From contig JAGNLA010000003.1 of assembly GCA_017999835.1 (NCBI GenBank), positions 30,292 to 94,291 on the forward strand: a DNA stretch of 64,000 nucleotides. The letters run 5' to 3'. Positions within the stretch are counted from its first letter, which is position 1. Every line of letters starts with the position of its first letter. The position numbers and the translations under genes were made by a program. This DNA is from Caldisericia bacterium. GTDB lineage: Bacteria > Caldisericota > Caldisericia > JAAYUI01. Below are positions 63,708 through 64,000 of this stretch, piece by piece. The notes beneath the pieces are model-generated. The model worked only from the letters and a program-made list of their open reading frames with translations. It was not told where the DNA came from and did not search any database.

Positions 63708-64000
63708 TGAGCAGAGAAGAATCAGAAGTACAGGAAGTCCGTCAGGGCGACAAGACCCACATTCTAACTAAAGACGGTTATGAGAAGCTACAGCTCGAGC
63801 TTGAAGATCTGAAGAATGTCAAAAGACCGGAAATTGCTGAACGCATCAAATCGGCAATGGCTCTTGGTGACATCTCGGAAAACGCCGAGTATGAAGAAGC
63901 CAAGAAGGATCAGTCCTTCATTGAAGGTAGAATCCTTTATCTTGAGAGCATCCTTACCGATGCCCAGGTAATTGACGAGTCCGATGTCGACCATTCAGAA
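63707..64000 (+). CDS. greA: transcription elongation factor GreA (3'-truncated at window edge)
   Basis: ATG 63707 overlaps the preceding [68 protein letters not shown] matches the GreA N-terminal coiled-coil domain. The frame is open to the window end. Confidence 0.8.
   Translation, partial: MSREESEVQEVRQGDKTHILTKDGYEKLQLELEDLKNVKRPEIAERIKSAMALGDISENAEYEEAKKDQSFIEGRILYLESILTDAQVIDESDVDHSE

Overview
This is a gene-dense ~64 kb chromosomal segment (~45% GC overall) from an unidentified bacterium. An S8 protease carries SLH domains, which implies an S-layer, and a DUF721/DciA-type gene follows recF. No rRNA, tRNA, CRISPR, transposase or integrase was recognisable.

Layout:
- 1-13 kb: the 3' end of a sigma-54 activator, then two convergent giant cell-surface protein genes (1861 aa with Ca-loop repeats, FN3 and Big_2 domains; 1896 aa with NHL propellers and a Cu-amine-oxidase-N-like C-terminus). 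A small winged-helix-like ORF sits between two strong terminators that separate them.
- 13-21 kb: a PQQ-like beta-propeller lipoprotein and a DUF3795 Cys-rich protein. A minus-strand operon follows: dnaN-recF-DUF721(DciA)-flavin reductase-cupin PGI-ROK glucokinase.
- 21-25.5 kb: a cluster of small membrane/OB-fold proteins and two secreted mono-haem (CxxCH) proteins with Cu_amine_oxidN1 domains, then three tandem cold-shock genes.
- 25.5-34 kb: a Fur-family regulator, a 1434-aa S8 subtilase with C-terminal SLH domains, ruvA, a small AT-rich ORF, and ruvC-yebC-pdxT-pdxS.
- 34-41 kb: an AT-rich PQQ-like lipoprotein, two tandem S9 peptidase lipoprotein paralogs, and a third PQQ-like protein.
- 41-47.8 kb: carbamate kinase, a Cmk-PlsC fusion, a TlpA-like thioredoxin lipoprotein, a MacB/FtsX-type ABC transporter with an embedded small OB-fold lipoprotein, and a NUDIX hydrolase.
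- 47.8-55 kb: an accessory-looking patch. It holds a YgbA-like protein, a membrane protein, an HD dNTPase-like protein, two VOC proteins, an HhH protein, a membrane-anchored Ada-like Zn-binding protein, two tandem SAM methyltransferase paralogs and an AT-rich dGTPase-like gene.
- 55-64 kb: valS-folC, a zinc-ribbon membrane protein, a large bitopic protein, AMMECR1, a hypothetical protein, and the 5' end of greA.

No canonical mobile element or known defence system is present. The most unusual content is the set of secreted proteins combining NHL / Cu-amine-oxidase-N / CxxCH modules, the compositionally atypical PQQ-propeller paralog family, and the HD-dNTPase/methyltransferase accessory patch.
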